A program made the position numbers and the translations under genes. Positions 48,875 through 59,364 of a stretch of 64,000 bases of DNA are shown here, in pieces. Position 1 is the stretch's first letter; every line of letters begins with the position of its first letter. Source of the DNA: an uncultured bacterium (GTDB lineage: Bacteria > Krumholzibacteriota > Krumholzibacteriia > LZORAL124-64-63); assembly GCA_963727525.1 (NCBI GenBank), contig CAVSGO010000003.1:64001-128000 (forward strand), written 5' to 3'. A model generated the notes under the pieces. It ran no database searches, was not told the origin of the DNA, and saw only the letters and a program-made list of their open reading frames with translations.

Positions 48875-48903
48875 GGAACTTCCGGACAGGCGTGGCGTTC
48901 GAA
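48875..48903 (+). promoter_or_regulatory. sigmaE/ECF-type promoter upstream of degP
   Basis: GGAACTT-N17-TCGAA. Confidence 0.5.
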
Positions 48904-49010
48904 CGCCCGTCGCGGCGCCGACCACCCGCAGGTGCGGGGGCAGCCGCATCGGCCGGCCGGACCCAATCCCCTGACCGGCGACCGTTAGGAAGACGAGAGG
49001 TGAGGACAAG

Positions 49011-50480
49011 ATGAAAACAAAATCGCTACTCTGGGGCGTCTTGCTCGTGACGGCCGGATTCGTGGGCGGCCTGGCATTGACCTCGAGCCTGGGTTCGCAC
49101 GCCGTGCACACCCCGCTCGCGGCCCCTACCGCCATCGCGGCCCCCTCGGTGTCCAGTGACATGATGAATGCGGCCGACGTGTCGGCCATGGCCATGCCTG
49201 CCGTGGTGAACATCTCGACGGACAAGGTCACCGACATGAGCGAGCAGCATCCCTTCATGAACGACCCGTTCTTTCGCCGCTTCTTCGACGTTCCCAACGG
49301 CAACACGGAGCGCATCGAGCGCAGTCTGGGCTCGGGCGTCGTCATCAGTGCCGACGGTTACATCCTGACCAACAACCACGTCATCGACAAGGCGCAGAAG
49401 ATCAAGGTCAGCTTCAACAACAACGAGGAACACGAAGCCAAGCTGATCGGTGCGGATCCGCAGAGCGACATCGCCGTCGTCAAGATCGATGCCAAGGATC
49501 TGCCGTTCATCAAGTTCGGCAACAGCGACGAAGTGCGCGTGGGCGACACCGTGCTGGCCATCGGCAATCCCTTCGGTGTGGGCCAGACCGTCACCAAGGG
49601 CATCTGCAGCGCGAAGGGTCGCAGCATCGGTCTCATCGACTACGAGGACCTGATCCAGACCGATGCCACGATCAATCCCGGCAATTCCGGTGGTGCGCTC
49701 GTGAACATGCATGGCGAGCTGGTGGGTATGAACACCGCCATCCTCAGCCGCTCCGGCGGCAGCCAGGGCATCGGCTTCGCCGTGCCGAGCAACATGGCCA
49801 AGCACATCAGCGAGCTGCTGCGCGACAAGGGCGAGGTGCAGCGCGCGTGGCTCGGCGTGAACGTGCAGGACGTGAACCAGGCCATGTCTGACTACTACGG
49901 CCTCGACCGTCCGCGCGGCGTGGTGGTGTCCAAGGTGAACGACGACACGCCGGCCGCGAAGGCGGGCATGAAGGAAGGTGACGTCATCCTGTCCGTCGAC
50001 GGCAAGAATGTGGCGAACGTGTCGCAGCTCCGTAATCGCATCTCGCTGCTGCCCGTCGACAAGGCCGTCGACCTGAGCATTCTGCGTGACGGCAAGGAGA
50101 AGACGCTGTCGGTGAAGCTGGCGGCCATGCCTTCGCAGGAGGAACTGGCGTCCAATTCGCCCACTCTCAACAGCGGCGACGACGAGAGCGGTATCGACGG
50201 CGTGTCGGTGCACGCGCTCACCGACGACATGCGTATGCGCTCGCAGCTCCCGCACGATGTCGACGGCGTGCTGGTGCTCGACGTGAAGCAGTCCAGCAAT
50301 GCCGGCGACGCCGGCCTCGCGCGTGGCGACGTGATCGTGTCGGTCAACAACAAGCCGGTCACCTCGATCGAGGACTACCGCAACGCGGTCAACTCCGACA
50401 AGGACAAGCCCCTGCTCGTGCGCGTGTTCCGCATGACACGCAACGGGGGTGGACAGGTGTTCATCGCGATTCCGCGGTAG
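49011..50480 (+). CDS. degP: DegP/DegQ (HtrA) serine protease with two PDZ domains
   Basis: SLGSGV, TNNHV, DIAV, QTDATINPGNSGG, two PDZ domains. Confidence 0.93.
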   Translation: MKTKSLLWGVLLVTAGFVGGLALTSSLGSHAVHTPLAAPTAIAAPSVSSDMMNAADVSAMAMPAVVNISTDKVTDMSEQHPFMNDPFFRRFFDVPNGNTERIERSLGSGVVISADGYILTNNHVIDKAQKIKVSFNNNEEHEAKLIGADPQSDIAVVKIDAKDLPFIKFGNSDEVRVGDTVLAIGNPFGVGQTVTKGICSAKGRSIGLIDYEDLIQTDATINPGNSGGALVNMHGELVGMNTAILSRSGGSQGIGFAVPSNMAKHISELLRDKGEVQRAWLGVNVQDVNQAMSDYYGLDRPRGVVVSKVNDDTPAAKAGMKEGDVILSVDGKNVANVSQLRNRISLLPVDKAVDLSILRDGKEKTLSVKLAAMPSQEELASNSPTLNSGDDESGIDGVSVHALTDDMRMRSQLPHDVDGVLVLDVKQSSNAGDAGLARGDVIVSVNNKPVTSIEDYRNAVNSDKDKPLLVRVFRMTRNGGGQVFIAIPR

Positions 50481-50512
50481 CGCGGCGCGCGACGATCTCG
50501 TATCGTCCGTTC

Positions 50513-51676
50513 ATGCTCGAACATTCCGGCACCGCGAGCTTCACGGACACGGCGGTGCGACCCCAGCGGGTCGCACCGCCGACTGCTTTGACCTTCGTGT
50601 CCTCGCTCACCGGCTGGGGCGGCGGCGAGAAGTGGATGCTCGACGCGGCGTGGGCCATGCAGGCGCGCGGCCATCGGGTGACGCTGGTGGCCCGGCCGGG
50701 TAGCGTGCTCGGGCAACGGGCGCAGGCGGCGGGCGTGACGGTGGACGCCGTGCGGCTCGGCGGCTGGCTCGATCCCGGCACCCTCTGGTCCCTGCACCGC
50801 GTGATCCGCCGGGCGTGCACGCAGACCCTCTGCGTCAACCTCGACAAGGAGATCCGCCAGGGCATCCTGGCAGGCCTCGGCAGCCGCGTCCGCCTGGTGG
50901 CGCGCCGCGGCTCGCCCGACGTCATCAAGAACACCTGGCACTACCGGCTGGTCTACCAGCACGGTGTCGACCGCCTCATCTGCAACTGCGCCTCGCTCGC
51001 TGCGCAGGTATGCGCGCCGGTCCCCTGGTTCGATCGGGCGAAGATCCGCGTCATCCCCAACGGCGTGGATATCGCGGCTCTCGCGGCGGCGGCCGGCGAT
51101 CGCGCGGCCACACGCGCCGCACTGGGCGTGCGCGACGATCAGCGCGTGGTGAGCTGCGTGGGCGAGGTGGGCTGGCGCAAGGGGCAGGAGATCGTGCTCG
51201 CCACGGCGGCGCGCCTCGCGAAGTCGCATCCCGACGCGGTCTTCCTCATCGCCGGCGAGGGCGACGGACGCGAGGCTCTCACGGAGCGTGCCCGCCGCGA
51301 GGGCCTGTGCGACGGCGGACGGGTCCGTGTCCTCGGCTTCCGCGAGGACGTGCCGCAACTCCTGCACGCGAGCGACGTGCTCGTGCTGCCGAGCCGCCGT
51401 GAGGGTTTCCCGAACACCTTGCTCGAGGGCATGGCGCTGGGGCTGCCGGTGGTGGCCACGCGCGCCGACGGTATCCCCGAGCTGGTCGTGGACGGCGAGA
51501 CCGGCGCCCTGGTGGCCATCGACGACGAGCCCGCCTTCACGGCGGCCTTGGCGCGTCTGCTCGACGACGCCGCGCTGCGACGCCGGTGGGGCGACGCCGG
51601 CCACGCGCGTGCCCGCGCCGACTTCGCCCAGGCCCGCGTCATGGACCTCGTCGAGGACTGCCTCTGCCGCTGGTGA
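50513..51676 (+). CDS. Glycosyltransferase family 4
   Basis: GGGEK, IPNGVD, KGQE, EGFPNTLLEGMA. Confidence 0.9.
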   Translation: MLEHSGTASFTDTAVRPQRVAPPTALTFVSSLTGWGGGEKWMLDAAWAMQARGHRVTLVARPGSVLGQRAQAAGVTVDAVRLGGWLDPGTLWSLHRVIRRACTQTLCVNLDKEIRQGILAGLGSRVRLVARRGSPDVIKNTWHYRLVYQHGVDRLICNCASLAAQVCAPVPWFDRAKIRVIPNGVDIAALAAAAGDRAATRAALGVRDDQRVVSCVGEVGWRKGQEIVLATAARLAKSHPDAVFLIAGEGDGREALTERARREGLCDGGRVRVLGFREDVPQLLHASDVLVLPSRREGFPNTLLEGMALGLPVVATRADGIPELVVDGETGALVAIDDEPAFTAALARLLDDAALRRRWGDAGHARARADFAQARVMDLVEDCLCRW

Positions 51677-51731
51677 GCGGTTGCGATGATTCCCCGGCGG
51701 CGTAATCGTGAGAGGGACGGAGGTACGCCAG

Positions 51732-52631
51732 TTGTCTCACGATCATGCCCACGACCACGCGCACGATCCCCGCGATCTCGGCCGCCGCTTCGCACTGGGC
51801 GTGGCGCTCAACGTCTGTTTCGTCGCCGTCGAGGTGGTGTACGGGCTCCTAGCCGGCTCCCTCGCTCTCGTCGCCGACGCCGGCCACAACCTCTCCGACG
51901 TGGTGGGGTTGCTCCTGGCCTGGGGCGCGGTGTGGCTGGCCTCGCGGCCGCCCACGAAAACGCGAACCTACGGCTTCCGACGCACGACGATCCTCGCGTC
52001 GCTGCTCAGCGCCGTGCTCCTGCTCCTGGCCCTCGGCGTGATCGCCTGGGAAGCCGTGCGCCGCCTGCAGGCCCCGGTGCCCGTGGCCGGCGGCACGATG
52101 ATGGCGGTGGCAGCCGTCGGCGTGGGGATCAACACGGCCACCGCGCTGCTCTTCGTCGCCGGGCGCAAGACCGACCTCAACCTTCGCGGCGTCTTCCTGC
52201 ACATGGCCGCCGATGCGGCCGTGAGTCTGGGTGTGGTGATCTCCGGCCTGGCGATCCGTGCCACGGGGTCGCTCTGGATCGATCCCGCCGTCTCGCTGGC
52301 CATCGTGGCGATCATCCTGGTGGGGACGTGGAACCTGCTGCGCGAGAGTGGCCACCTCGTCATCGACGGCGTGCCCGGCCATGTCGATCTCACGGCGGTG
52401 CGTGCTTGGCTCAGGCAGCGTCCAGGTGTCGTCGCCGTTCACGATCTGCACGTCTGGGCTCTGAGCACCACCGAGACGGCCCTCACCGTCCACCTGGTGA
52501 TGCCCGACGGCCGCCCCGACGACGGCTTCCTCGCCGGGCTCGCCGAGGATCTCGCCCACGATTTCGGGATCGGCCACACGACCGTGCAAATCGAGCGCGA
52601 CGCCTCTGCCGCCTGCCCGCGCTGCGACTAG
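51732..52631 (+). CDS. Cation diffusion facilitator (CzcD/ZitB-like)
   Basis: His-rich N-terminus, SLALVADAGHNLSD, HMAAD, HDLHVW, HTTVQIE; GGAGG RBS before TTG. Confidence 0.92.
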   Translation: MSHDHAHDHAHDPRDLGRRFALGVALNVCFVAVEVVYGLLAGSLALVADAGHNLSDVVGLLLAWGAVWLASRPPTKTRTYGFRRTTILASLLSAVLLLLALGVIAWEAVRRLQAPVPVAGGTMMAVAAVGVGINTATALLFVAGRKTDLNLRGVFLHMAADAAVSLGVVISGLAIRATGSLWIDPAVSLAIVAIILVGTWNLLRESGHLVIDGVPGHVDLTAVRAWLRQRPGVVAVHDLHVWALSTTETALTVHLVMPDGRPDDGFLAGLAEDLAHDFGIGHTTVQIERDASAACPRCD

Positions 52632-52675
52632 TCTTCGGGGACCAGTCTTTGGAGACTAGTCTTCAGGGACTAGTC
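52626..52675. repeat. 3.6 x 14-bp tandem repeat containing palindrome GACTAGTC
   Basis: GACTAGTCTTCGGG GACCAGTCTTTGGA GACTAGTCTTCAGG GACTAGTC. Confidence 0.9.
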
Positions 52676-53344
52676 GCGCGGCTCGTCGTGGAAGTCGAGC
52701 AGGTCCACAGGCATGACCACCGTTGTCGCGATGTTGCTCAGGTGCGACGAGATGCGCTTGAAGAAGCGCAGCGCCAGCACCAGGCATACCGCGTCCTGGG
52801 TGCCCAGGTCGCTGAGGGTGATGCCGCGGATGTCGTCCTCGCACTGGCGGCCGAGCCGGCGCGCCAGGTGGATCACGGAGCCCGCTTCCTCGCCGTCGCT
52901 GCTCGCGAACGCTTTGCGCGTCTGCACCACCAGGTCCGTGATCACCCGCGTGTGTCCCGACAGGTGCTGCCGGTAGAGGGCGCGGTCGGGCTGGGCGGGC
53001 ATGAGGTCGACGATCTCGTAGATGTTCTTCACATAGTCGCCGATGCGCTCCGCATCCTTGATCGCGTTCATGAAGATGAGCGCGGTGGGCACGTCGGTGC
53101 GATGGCTGGCCAGCGTCAGGTGCGAGATGATGCGCCGGCGCACGAGGCGCACGAGCTTGTTGATCTGCCGGTCCCGCGCGAAGATCTGGCTCGACGGATC
53201 CGGATCGGCCGACCCGTCCATGAGCACGCCCATCGTGTAGGCGAACATCGCGCCACCCAGGTCGAGCATCTCGTCGAACTTTTGCACGAGATTCTCGGTC
53301 CAGTCGTCCTGGCGGAAGAACTCGATCAGCGACTTGAACGACAT
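52670..53344 (-). CDS. PhoU-domain protein
   Basis: DRQIN, KDAERIGDY, RFFKRISSHLSNIA. Confidence 0.8.
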   Translation of the reverse strand: MSFKSLIEFFRQDDWTENLVQKFDEMLDLGGAMFAYTMGVLMDGSADPDPSSQIFARDRQINKLVRLVRRRIISHLTLASHRTDVPTALIFMNAIKDAERIGDYVKNIYEIVDLMPAQPDRALYRQHLSGHTRVITDLVVQTRKAFASSDGEEAGSVIHLARRLGRQCEDDIRGITLSDLGTQDAVCLVLALRFFKRISSHLSNIATTVVMPVDLLDFHDEPRD

Positions 53345-53374
53345 CGTGGCGCCTTTCCTCAGGGGTGGCCCGCG

Positions 53375-54541
53375 TCAGTGGCCGAGTACGCGCTCGATCA
53401 TCACGAAGATCAGCGGCAGGACGAAGAATACACCGATCATGTACATGATGGCCCAGGATTTCCTGCGCACCGTTCGGATCGCCAGCATCCGCGCCATGTT
53501 GATCGGAATGCGCCGTACGACGCGCACCGGGTAGATGATCAGGATACCGAGCAGGTTGAAGTTCAGGTGCACGAGCGCCACCGTGAGCGCCGCCACGTTG
53601 CCCGTGAGCGAGGCGAGCAGAGCCGTCACCGTGGTGCCCACGTTGGCGCCCAGGGTCACCGCGAACCCGCCCTCGAGCGGGATGATGCCGGCGCCGATGA
53701 GGGGTACGAGCAAGCTCGTGGTGATGGAACTGCTCTGCACCGCCGCGGTGATCGCCAGGCCGAGGGCCATCGCCGGCAAGCCCCCACGGCCCACCCACGA
53801 CACGACCGAGCCCTCGGCCCGGTTCAACACGAGACGCTTGAGCAAGCGCGTCAGGCCTGCCAGACTCAGGAACACCAGCGCCAGTGACAGGACCAGCATC
53901 ACCACGCCGGCCGCCCAGCCCGGAAGGTGTAGGCCGTCGGTGAGCATCCCCGACACGCCGTGCACGACCGGGTGCATGGCCGCCTTTACCGGGCTGTGGT
54001 ACTCGAACCCCGACGATCCTGTCAGGTGGGCGGCCATCCAGGTGGCTACGCGCTCCAGCAGATGCGTCGCCTGCTCCAGCGGGAACAGGATCAGGATCGT
54101 CATCAGGTTGAAGAAGTCGTGCATCGTGGCGCCGGCGTAGGCACGTACGAACTCACTGCGCCGGTTGATCATCGTCAGCGCCACGAGCGTATTGGTGATC
54201 GTAGTGCCCATGTTCGCGCCCATGACGATGGGCACGGCCCCGCGCACGGTCAGAGCGCCCACGGCGACCATGCCCACCACGATCGACGTCGTCGAGGAAC
54301 TGCTCTGGATCAGCGCCGTCGCCAGCAATCCGATCATCAGACCCACCACCGGATTGCTCGTGCCGGTGATGAGGGTCTCGCTGAAGCCCTTGCCGAAGAG
54401 CTTGAACGCGGCGCCGAGGAGCGCGATGGCGACGAGGAAGAGGTAGAGCAGGGCGGCGACCTGGACCACGCGTCCCAGTGCCATCAGGATGACGCGCGGG
54501 CGAGCCGTGGCGGGTGACGGGGCCGTCTTGGCGGTGACCAT
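53375..54541 (-). CDS. Na+/phosphate symporter (NptA/SLC34-like)
   Basis: Two QSSS motifs, GANMGTT and GANVGTT, HDFFN. Confidence 0.9.
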   Translation of the reverse strand: MVTAKTAPSPATARPRVILMALGRVVQVAALLYLFLVAIALLGAAFKLFGKGFSETLITGTSNPVVGLMIGLLATALIQSSSSTTSIVVGMVAVGALTVRGAVPIVMGANMGTTITNTLVALTMINRRSEFVRAYAGATMHDFFNLMTILILFPLEQATHLLERVATWMAAHLTGSSGFEYHSPVKAAMHPVVHGVSGMLTDGLHLPGWAAGVVMLVLSLALVFLSLAGLTRLLKRLVLNRAEGSVVSWVGRGGLPAMALGLAITAAVQSSSITTSLLVPLIGAGIIPLEGGFAVTLGANVGTTVTALLASLTGNVAALTVALVHLNFNLLGILIIYPVRVVRRIPINMARMLAIRTVRRKSWAIMYMIGVFFVLPLIFVMIERVLGH

Positions 54542-54836
54542 GAGCCTCCGTGGGGTCGGGTCCGCGGCATGACCGGGCGCAACGTTATGATCCTGTTAAC
54601 GGCATGTCAAAGCAACGGTCGGCCGCCTGCGGCCACGACCCGGTACCACCCGGCAATCCTTGCCGCCCGCCACGCCCGGGCGTCGCGGCCGGTGGCGCCA
54701 AACGGTATGGTGGCAAGCGATTGAGCAACCTGAAGTTGGGACTCGATCTTGCAAAGGGCCGAAAGAGCGATACGTTGGGAACCGCCGTGGGCCACGTGGC
54801 CCGGTGACGTTTCCCCGCGTCCAGGAGGCTGTCCGC

Positions 54837-55400
54837 ATGGCCATCCGCAAGGTCGCCCGCATGGGCCACCCGGTGCTGCGCGAGAAGTGCAAGCCCATCG
54901 ACCCGACCAGGATCCGCGCGCCCGAGGTGCAGCAACTGGTCAGGGACATGCTCGAGACGATGGTCGATTACGGCGGCGTCGGTCTGGCCGCGCCGCAGGT
55001 GTACGTACCGGTGCGGCTGCTGCTCGCCGGTGGCGAGGATGACGAGGAGGGTCGGTCCACCGTGCGCGTGATCATCAATCCAGAGATCACCGTGCTCGAT
55101 CCGGATCGCATCGAGGGCATGTACGAGGGCTGTCTCTCGGTTCCCGGTCTGCGCGGCTACGTGGAGCGCCCGGCGCACATCCGCGTGAAGGCGTACAACG
55201 AGAAGGCCGAGGTGCAGGAGTTCGAGCTGGAGGGCTATCCCGCCATCGTCATGCAGCACGAGTGCGACCACCTGGACGGCGTCCTCTATCTCGACCGCAT
55301 GACGGACATGAGCAAGCTGGGCTTCGAGACCGAGGTTCAGCGCTATCACGATCTCGGCGACGACGAGGACGACGAGGAAGACGAGGAAGCCGAGGACTAG
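54837..55400 (+). CDS. def: Peptide deformylase
   Basis: GVGLAAPQ, EGCLS, QHECDHLDG. Confidence 0.95.
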   Translation: MAIRKVARMGHPVLREKCKPIDPTRIRAPEVQQLVRDMLETMVDYGGVGLAAPQVYVPVRLLLAGGEDDEEGRSTVRVIINPEITVLDPDRIEGMYEGCLSVPGLRGYVERPAHIRVKAYNEKAEVQEFELEGYPAIVMQHECDHLDGVLYLDRMTDMSKLGFETEVQRYHDLGDDEDDEEDEEAED

Positions 55401-55419
55401 CCACGCGAGGTGACACGGC

Positions 55420-55806
55420 ATGAGTGATAGGATCCTGCAAGACCTGGTGGCGGCCTTCAACCGCCGTGACTTCGGCGCCGCCGCCGGATACTCCGCCGAG
55501 GGGCTGATGCGCGCCGAGGGGCGTAGCGAGGCCTTCTGGGTGGGGCTCAACGACACCTGCGAGGGGTACCGGCACCTCAAGGCCGGGGAGCTGGACAGGG
55601 CGGAGCCGCGCCTCGTGGCCGCCATGCAGAAGCTGCGCAACTTCGGCTACATCTACGAGAACCTGGAAATCACCAGTCTGCTGGCTGGACTGCGACGCTG
55701 CTCGGAAGAGGTCCGCGCCGTGCGCGCGCAGCAGAAACGCGTCTTAGACGTGTCGTTGCTGCCCCAGATGAGCCTGGCGGCCCGGGCCCAGCAGAACGAG
55801 GTGTGA
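55420..55806 (+). CDS. Small TPR-like/DUF309-like helical protein
   Basis: FNRRDF.., helical pattern, GAGG RBS, operonic between def and pyk. Confidence 0.6.
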   Translation: MSDRILQDLVAAFNRRDFGAAAGYSAEGLMRAEGRSEAFWVGLNDTCEGYRHLKAGELDRAEPRLVAAMQKLRNFGYIYENLEITSLLAGLRRCSEEVRAVRAQQKRVLDVSLLPQMSLAARAQQNEV

Positions 55807-55813
55807 TACCGCC

Positions 55814-57244
55814 GTGCGCAAGACCAAGATCGTCATCACGGTGGGGCCGGCGAGTCGCGAGGCCGGGACGATCGAGCGTCTCATCGAGGCCGGCGTCGAC
55901 GTCTTCCGCCTGAATTTTTCTCACGGCACGCAGGACGAACATGCCGAGGTCATCGCGCGTGTGCGCTCGGCGGCCGCGCACTGCCACCGTCCCGTGGCCA
56001 TTCTGCAGGACCTCGCCGGGCCCAAGATCCGGACCGGCCCCATCGCCGGCGATCCGGTCACCCTGAGCGAGGGACAGACGATCACGCTCACCAACCGCGA
56101 CGTGCCGGGCGACGCGAGCGAGGTCGGTCTCACCTGGCCCGATCTGCCGCGCAACGTGCAGGCCGGCGATACCCTGATGCTGGCCGACGGCGCCCTCCAG
56201 CTCCGCGTGGAGGCCACCACCGATCGCGACGTGCGCTGCACCGTGGTCGTGGGCGGTGAGCTTGGCTCGCACAAGGGCATCAACCTGCCTGGCCGCTCGC
56301 TGAACGTGCCCATCCTCACGGCCAAGGACCGCGACGACCTGAGCTTCGGGCTGCGCGAGGGCGTCGATCTCATCGCCGCCAGCTTCGTGCGCACGGCGCA
56401 CGACGTGCGTACCGTCCTGGCGGCCATCGCCGAGGGTGGCCAGTCCACGCCGCTCATCGCCAAGATCGAGAAGTTCGAGGCCCTCGAGGCCATCGACGAG
56501 ATCCTTGCCCTCGTGCACGGCATCATGGTGGCGCGCGGCGACCTGGGCGTGGAGATTCCCATCGAGAAGGTGCCGGGCGCCCAGAAGCACCTCATCGCCG
56601 CGGCCAATCGCGCCGGCAAGCCGGTGATCACGGCCACGCAGATGCTCAAGTCGATGGTCACGGCCGCGCGTCCCACGCGAGCCGAGGTCACGGACGTGGC
56701 CAACGCCATCCTCGATGGCACCGACGCGATCATGCTCTCCGAGGAGACCGCCATCGGCGAACACCCCGTCCTGGTGGTGCAAACGATGGCCCGCATCGCC
56801 GCCGAGGTGGAAAAGGGGTTCCCGCACGCACTGTGGTTGCACGACCTCGCGCCGGGCACGACGAGCCCGGCGTTCTCGTATCCCGAGGCCGTGGCCCGCG
56901 CCGCTTGCGAGATGGCCCGCGACATCGGCGCCGCGGCCATCATCACCTGCACGCAGAGTGGGAGCACCACGCAGAAGGTGGCCAGTTACCGTCCTGCGCA
57001 ACACCTTCTGGCCATGACACCGGCCGAGGTCACGCGCCGCCAGCTCGCCCTGGTCTGGGGCGCCGTGCCCCTCGAGCTGGATGCGGTCGACGACTTCGAG
57101 ACGATGGAACGCCTCGCGATCGCTTGCGCGCTGCGCGACGGCCTGGTGCAGCCGGGTCAGCCGGTGGTGCTGGTGGCGGGATTGCCGCTGAAGACACGCG
57201 GCGTGACCAATCTCATCAAGGTGTGTACGGCCGAGTGGTCTTGA
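55814..57244 (+). CDS. pyk: Pyruvate kinase
   Basis: RKTKIVITVGPAS, RLNFSHG, AKIEK, MVARGDLGVE, ATQML, PTRAE. Confidence 0.97.
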   Translation: MRKTKIVITVGPASREAGTIERLIEAGVDVFRLNFSHGTQDEHAEVIARVRSAAAHCHRPVAILQDLAGPKIRTGPIAGDPVTLSEGQTITLTNRDVPGDASEVGLTWPDLPRNVQAGDTLMLADGALQLRVEATTDRDVRCTVVVGGELGSHKGINLPGRSLNVPILTAKDRDDLSFGLREGVDLIAASFVRTAHDVRTVLAAIAEGGQSTPLIAKIEKFEALEAIDEILALVHGIMVARGDLGVEIPIEKVPGAQKHLIAAANRAGKPVITATQMLKSMVTAARPTRAEVTDVANAILDGTDAIMLSEETAIGEHPVLVVQTMARIAAEVEKGFPHALWLHDLAPGTTSPAFSYPEAVARAACEMARDIGAAAIITCTQSGSTTQKVASYRPAQHLLAMTPAEVTRRQLALVWGAVPLELDAVDDFETMERLAIACALRDGLVQPGQPVVLVAGLPLKTRGVTNLIKVCTAEWS

Positions 57245-57247
57245 GGC

Positions 57248-57415
57248 TCACTGCTCCGCGTTCGCGCTCGCGCTCACCGCTGATGTCTGACGCGCCGTGA
57301 GATTCCCGCGGGAGCAGCCGCGCACCGGGATCATCGCGAGCACCGTCACCAGCAGGACGACGACGACCAGGCGAACCCATGTCGACGCACCGGCCATGGC
57401 GAGCAAGCGATTCAA
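57248..57415 (-). CDS. Small membrane or exported peptide, 55 aa (not in the ORF track)
   Basis: GGGAG RBS + TTG; MNRLLAMAGASTWVRLVVVVLLVTVLAMIPVRGCSRG..NAEQ*. Confidence 0.45.
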   Translation of the reverse strand: MNRLLAMAGASTWVRLVVVVLLVTVLAMIPVRGCSRGNLTARQTSAVSASANAEQ

Positions 57416-57499
57416 GTATGGCTCCCTGAATAACGTGTCGCAAATCGTCCAAAGTATTGACCGATCGTACCATGGATCCCACCAAGGGTCAATCGTCGC

Positions 57500-57539
57500 G
57501 ATGCGTCAGGATGCGTCACGATTCGTCAGGATGCGCCAC
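57500..57539. repeat. 4 x 10-bp tandem repeat GATGCGTCAS
   Basis: GATGCGTCAG GATGCGTCAC GATTCGTCAG GATGCGCCAC. Confidence 0.8.
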
Positions 57540-58589
57540 CGCGGGCAGCACGCTCTTGAAGGCCTCCCCGTAGATCTCCCAGATCGTCACGAAGAGGGCC
57601 GCCACCACCGGCCCGATGATGAAGCCGAGCGCGCCGAAGAGGGTTAGCCCGCCCAGGGTGGCCAGAAATACCAGCAGATCGGGCATCTCGGTGTCGTGTC
57701 CCACGAGGCGCGGACGCAGCACGTTGTCCACCATGCCCACGACCAGCGAGAAGTAGAGTGCCAGCGCCACCGCCGTCACCCAGTGGCCGCCCATGGCCAG
57801 GATCACCACCGCCGGCACCCACACCAGCGCCGTGCCCAGCCCCGGAATCACTGACAGCACCACCATGAGCGCACCCCAGAACAGGGCGCTGTCGAGGCCG
57901 GCGACCCAGAACCCGAGTCCGCCCAGCGTACCCTGCACGATCCCTATCACCGCCGTACCCTTGAGCGTGGCCCGCGTCACGCTGGTGAACTTGGCCAGCA
58001 TGCGCCGCTCGTCCGTTTCCTCGAGCGGCAGGTAGTAGACGATGAGGTCGAGCAGCTTGCCTCCATCGAGCAGGAAGAAGTAGAGCGCGTAGGTCATCAC
58101 GAAGAACAGGAAGATGAACTCCACCGTACCCTTGGTGGCCGCCGACAGGCTGTTCACGAGGAACGTGCTCACGCTGCCCGCAAGCTGACCCGCCTTGAGC
58201 AGCAGCTCGGCGCGATAGGGCGCCAGCTTGTCGTAAAACGGCAGCTCCTGCAGGCGGTTGCTCAGCGCATCCGATTGCGAGAGCTGATCCGTCACCCACG
58301 GGCCCACCGAGTTGCCCACCTTCACCGCCTGCGCCGTCACCAGACCGGCCAGACCACCGAGGGGCACCACCACGAGCACGATCAGGATCGTCACCGTCAA
58401 GACGGCGGCGAGCTTCCGCCGGCCGCGCACGGTTCGGGTGAGCACGCGAAAGAGCCTGCCCAGGAGTCCGGCCAGGATGGCCGCCATGAGCAGGGCCATG
58501 AGGAAGCCCTTGATCATGGCCACGAACACGATCGAGATGAACACCACGAGCAGCAGCAGGACGATCAGGCTGACGGTCTCTCGTTTCAT
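57516..58589 (-). CDS. AI-2E family transporter
   Basis: [40 protein letters not shown]. Confidence 0.9.
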   Translation of the reverse strand: MKRETVSLIVLLLLVVFISIVFVAMIKGFLMALLMAAILAGLLGRLFRVLTRTVRGRRKLAAVLTVTILIVLVVVPLGGLAGLVTAQAVKVGNSVGPWVTDQLSQSDALSNRLQELPFYDKLAPYRAELLLKAGQLAGSVSTFLVNSLSAATKGTVEFIFLFFVMTYALYFFLLDGGKLLDLIVYYLPLEETDERRMLAKFTSVTRATLKGTAVIGIVQGTLGGLGFWVAGLDSALFWGALMVVLSVIPGLGTALVWVPAVVILAMGGHWVTAVALALYFSLVVGMVDNVLRPRLVGHDTEMPDLLVFLATLGGLTLFGALGFIIGPVVAALFVTIWEIYGEAFKSVLPAVAHPDES

Positions 58590-58801
58590 GCTCCCTGCTC
58601 CACGGTTCGCGGGGGGACGACGCTGGGTGCTGGAATGGTATCGCAGGACCTGCGGGAGGGAAAGCCGTTCCGGCTTCTGCTGGCGATTCCGCCCGCGAAT
58701 ACCTAGACTTGGCCCCACTGGACCTGGCCAAGTTGCCTCTGGCCGCTGTTGCCGCAGGCCTCGGCCGCGCCACCGATCAAGCGAAATCGAAGGGAGCCCC
58801 C

Positions 58802-59329
58802 GTGGCCATCACCGCCACCATCGAGACCAGCAAGGGTCCCATCCATCTTGAACTTTTCGCCGACGACGCTCCCGTCACCGTCGCCAGTTTCTGCAACCTG
58901 GCGCGCCGCGGTTTCTATGACGGACTGGCCTTCCACCGCGTCATCCCGGACTTCATGATCCAGGGCGGCTGCCCCAAGGGCAACGGCACGGGCGGGCCCG
59001 GCTACCAGTTCGAGGACGAGACCACGCCGGCCCGGTGCCACGACGGCCCCGGCGTGCTCTCCATGGCCAACGCCGGCCCCGGCACCAATGGCAGCCAGTT
59101 CTTCATCACCCACGTGCCCACCGCCTGGCTGGACGGCAAGCACACCGTCTTCGGCCACGTGACGTCCGCCGACGACCAGGCCGTCGTCGATGCCGTCGCC
59201 TCGGGCGACACGATCACGTCGATCACCGTGGAGGGCGACGTCGACACCCTGCTCGACGCGCAGAAGAAGCACGTGGAGAAGTGGAACAAGACGCTGACCG
59301 ACCGTTTCCCGAAACTGCGTCCCGCCTGA
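58802..59329 (+). CDS. Cyclophilin-type peptidyl-prolyl isomerase
   Basis: [41 protein letters not shown]. Confidence 0.95.
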   Translation: MAITATIETSKGPIHLELFADDAPVTVASFCNLARRGFYDGLAFHRVIPDFMIQGGCPKGNGTGGPGYQFEDETTPARCHDGPGVLSMANAGPGTNGSQFFITHVPTAWLDGKHTVFGHVTSADDQAVVDAVASGDTITSITVEGDVDTLLDAQKKHVEKWNKTLTDRFPKLRPA

Positions 59330-59364
59330 ATGGGCGCCGCCTCTCAAGTCAAGGAGTCGTGACC

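Noticed and set aside
52626-52675. CRISPR array
   Set aside because: Units are 14 bp with no unique spacers, and no cas genes are present.
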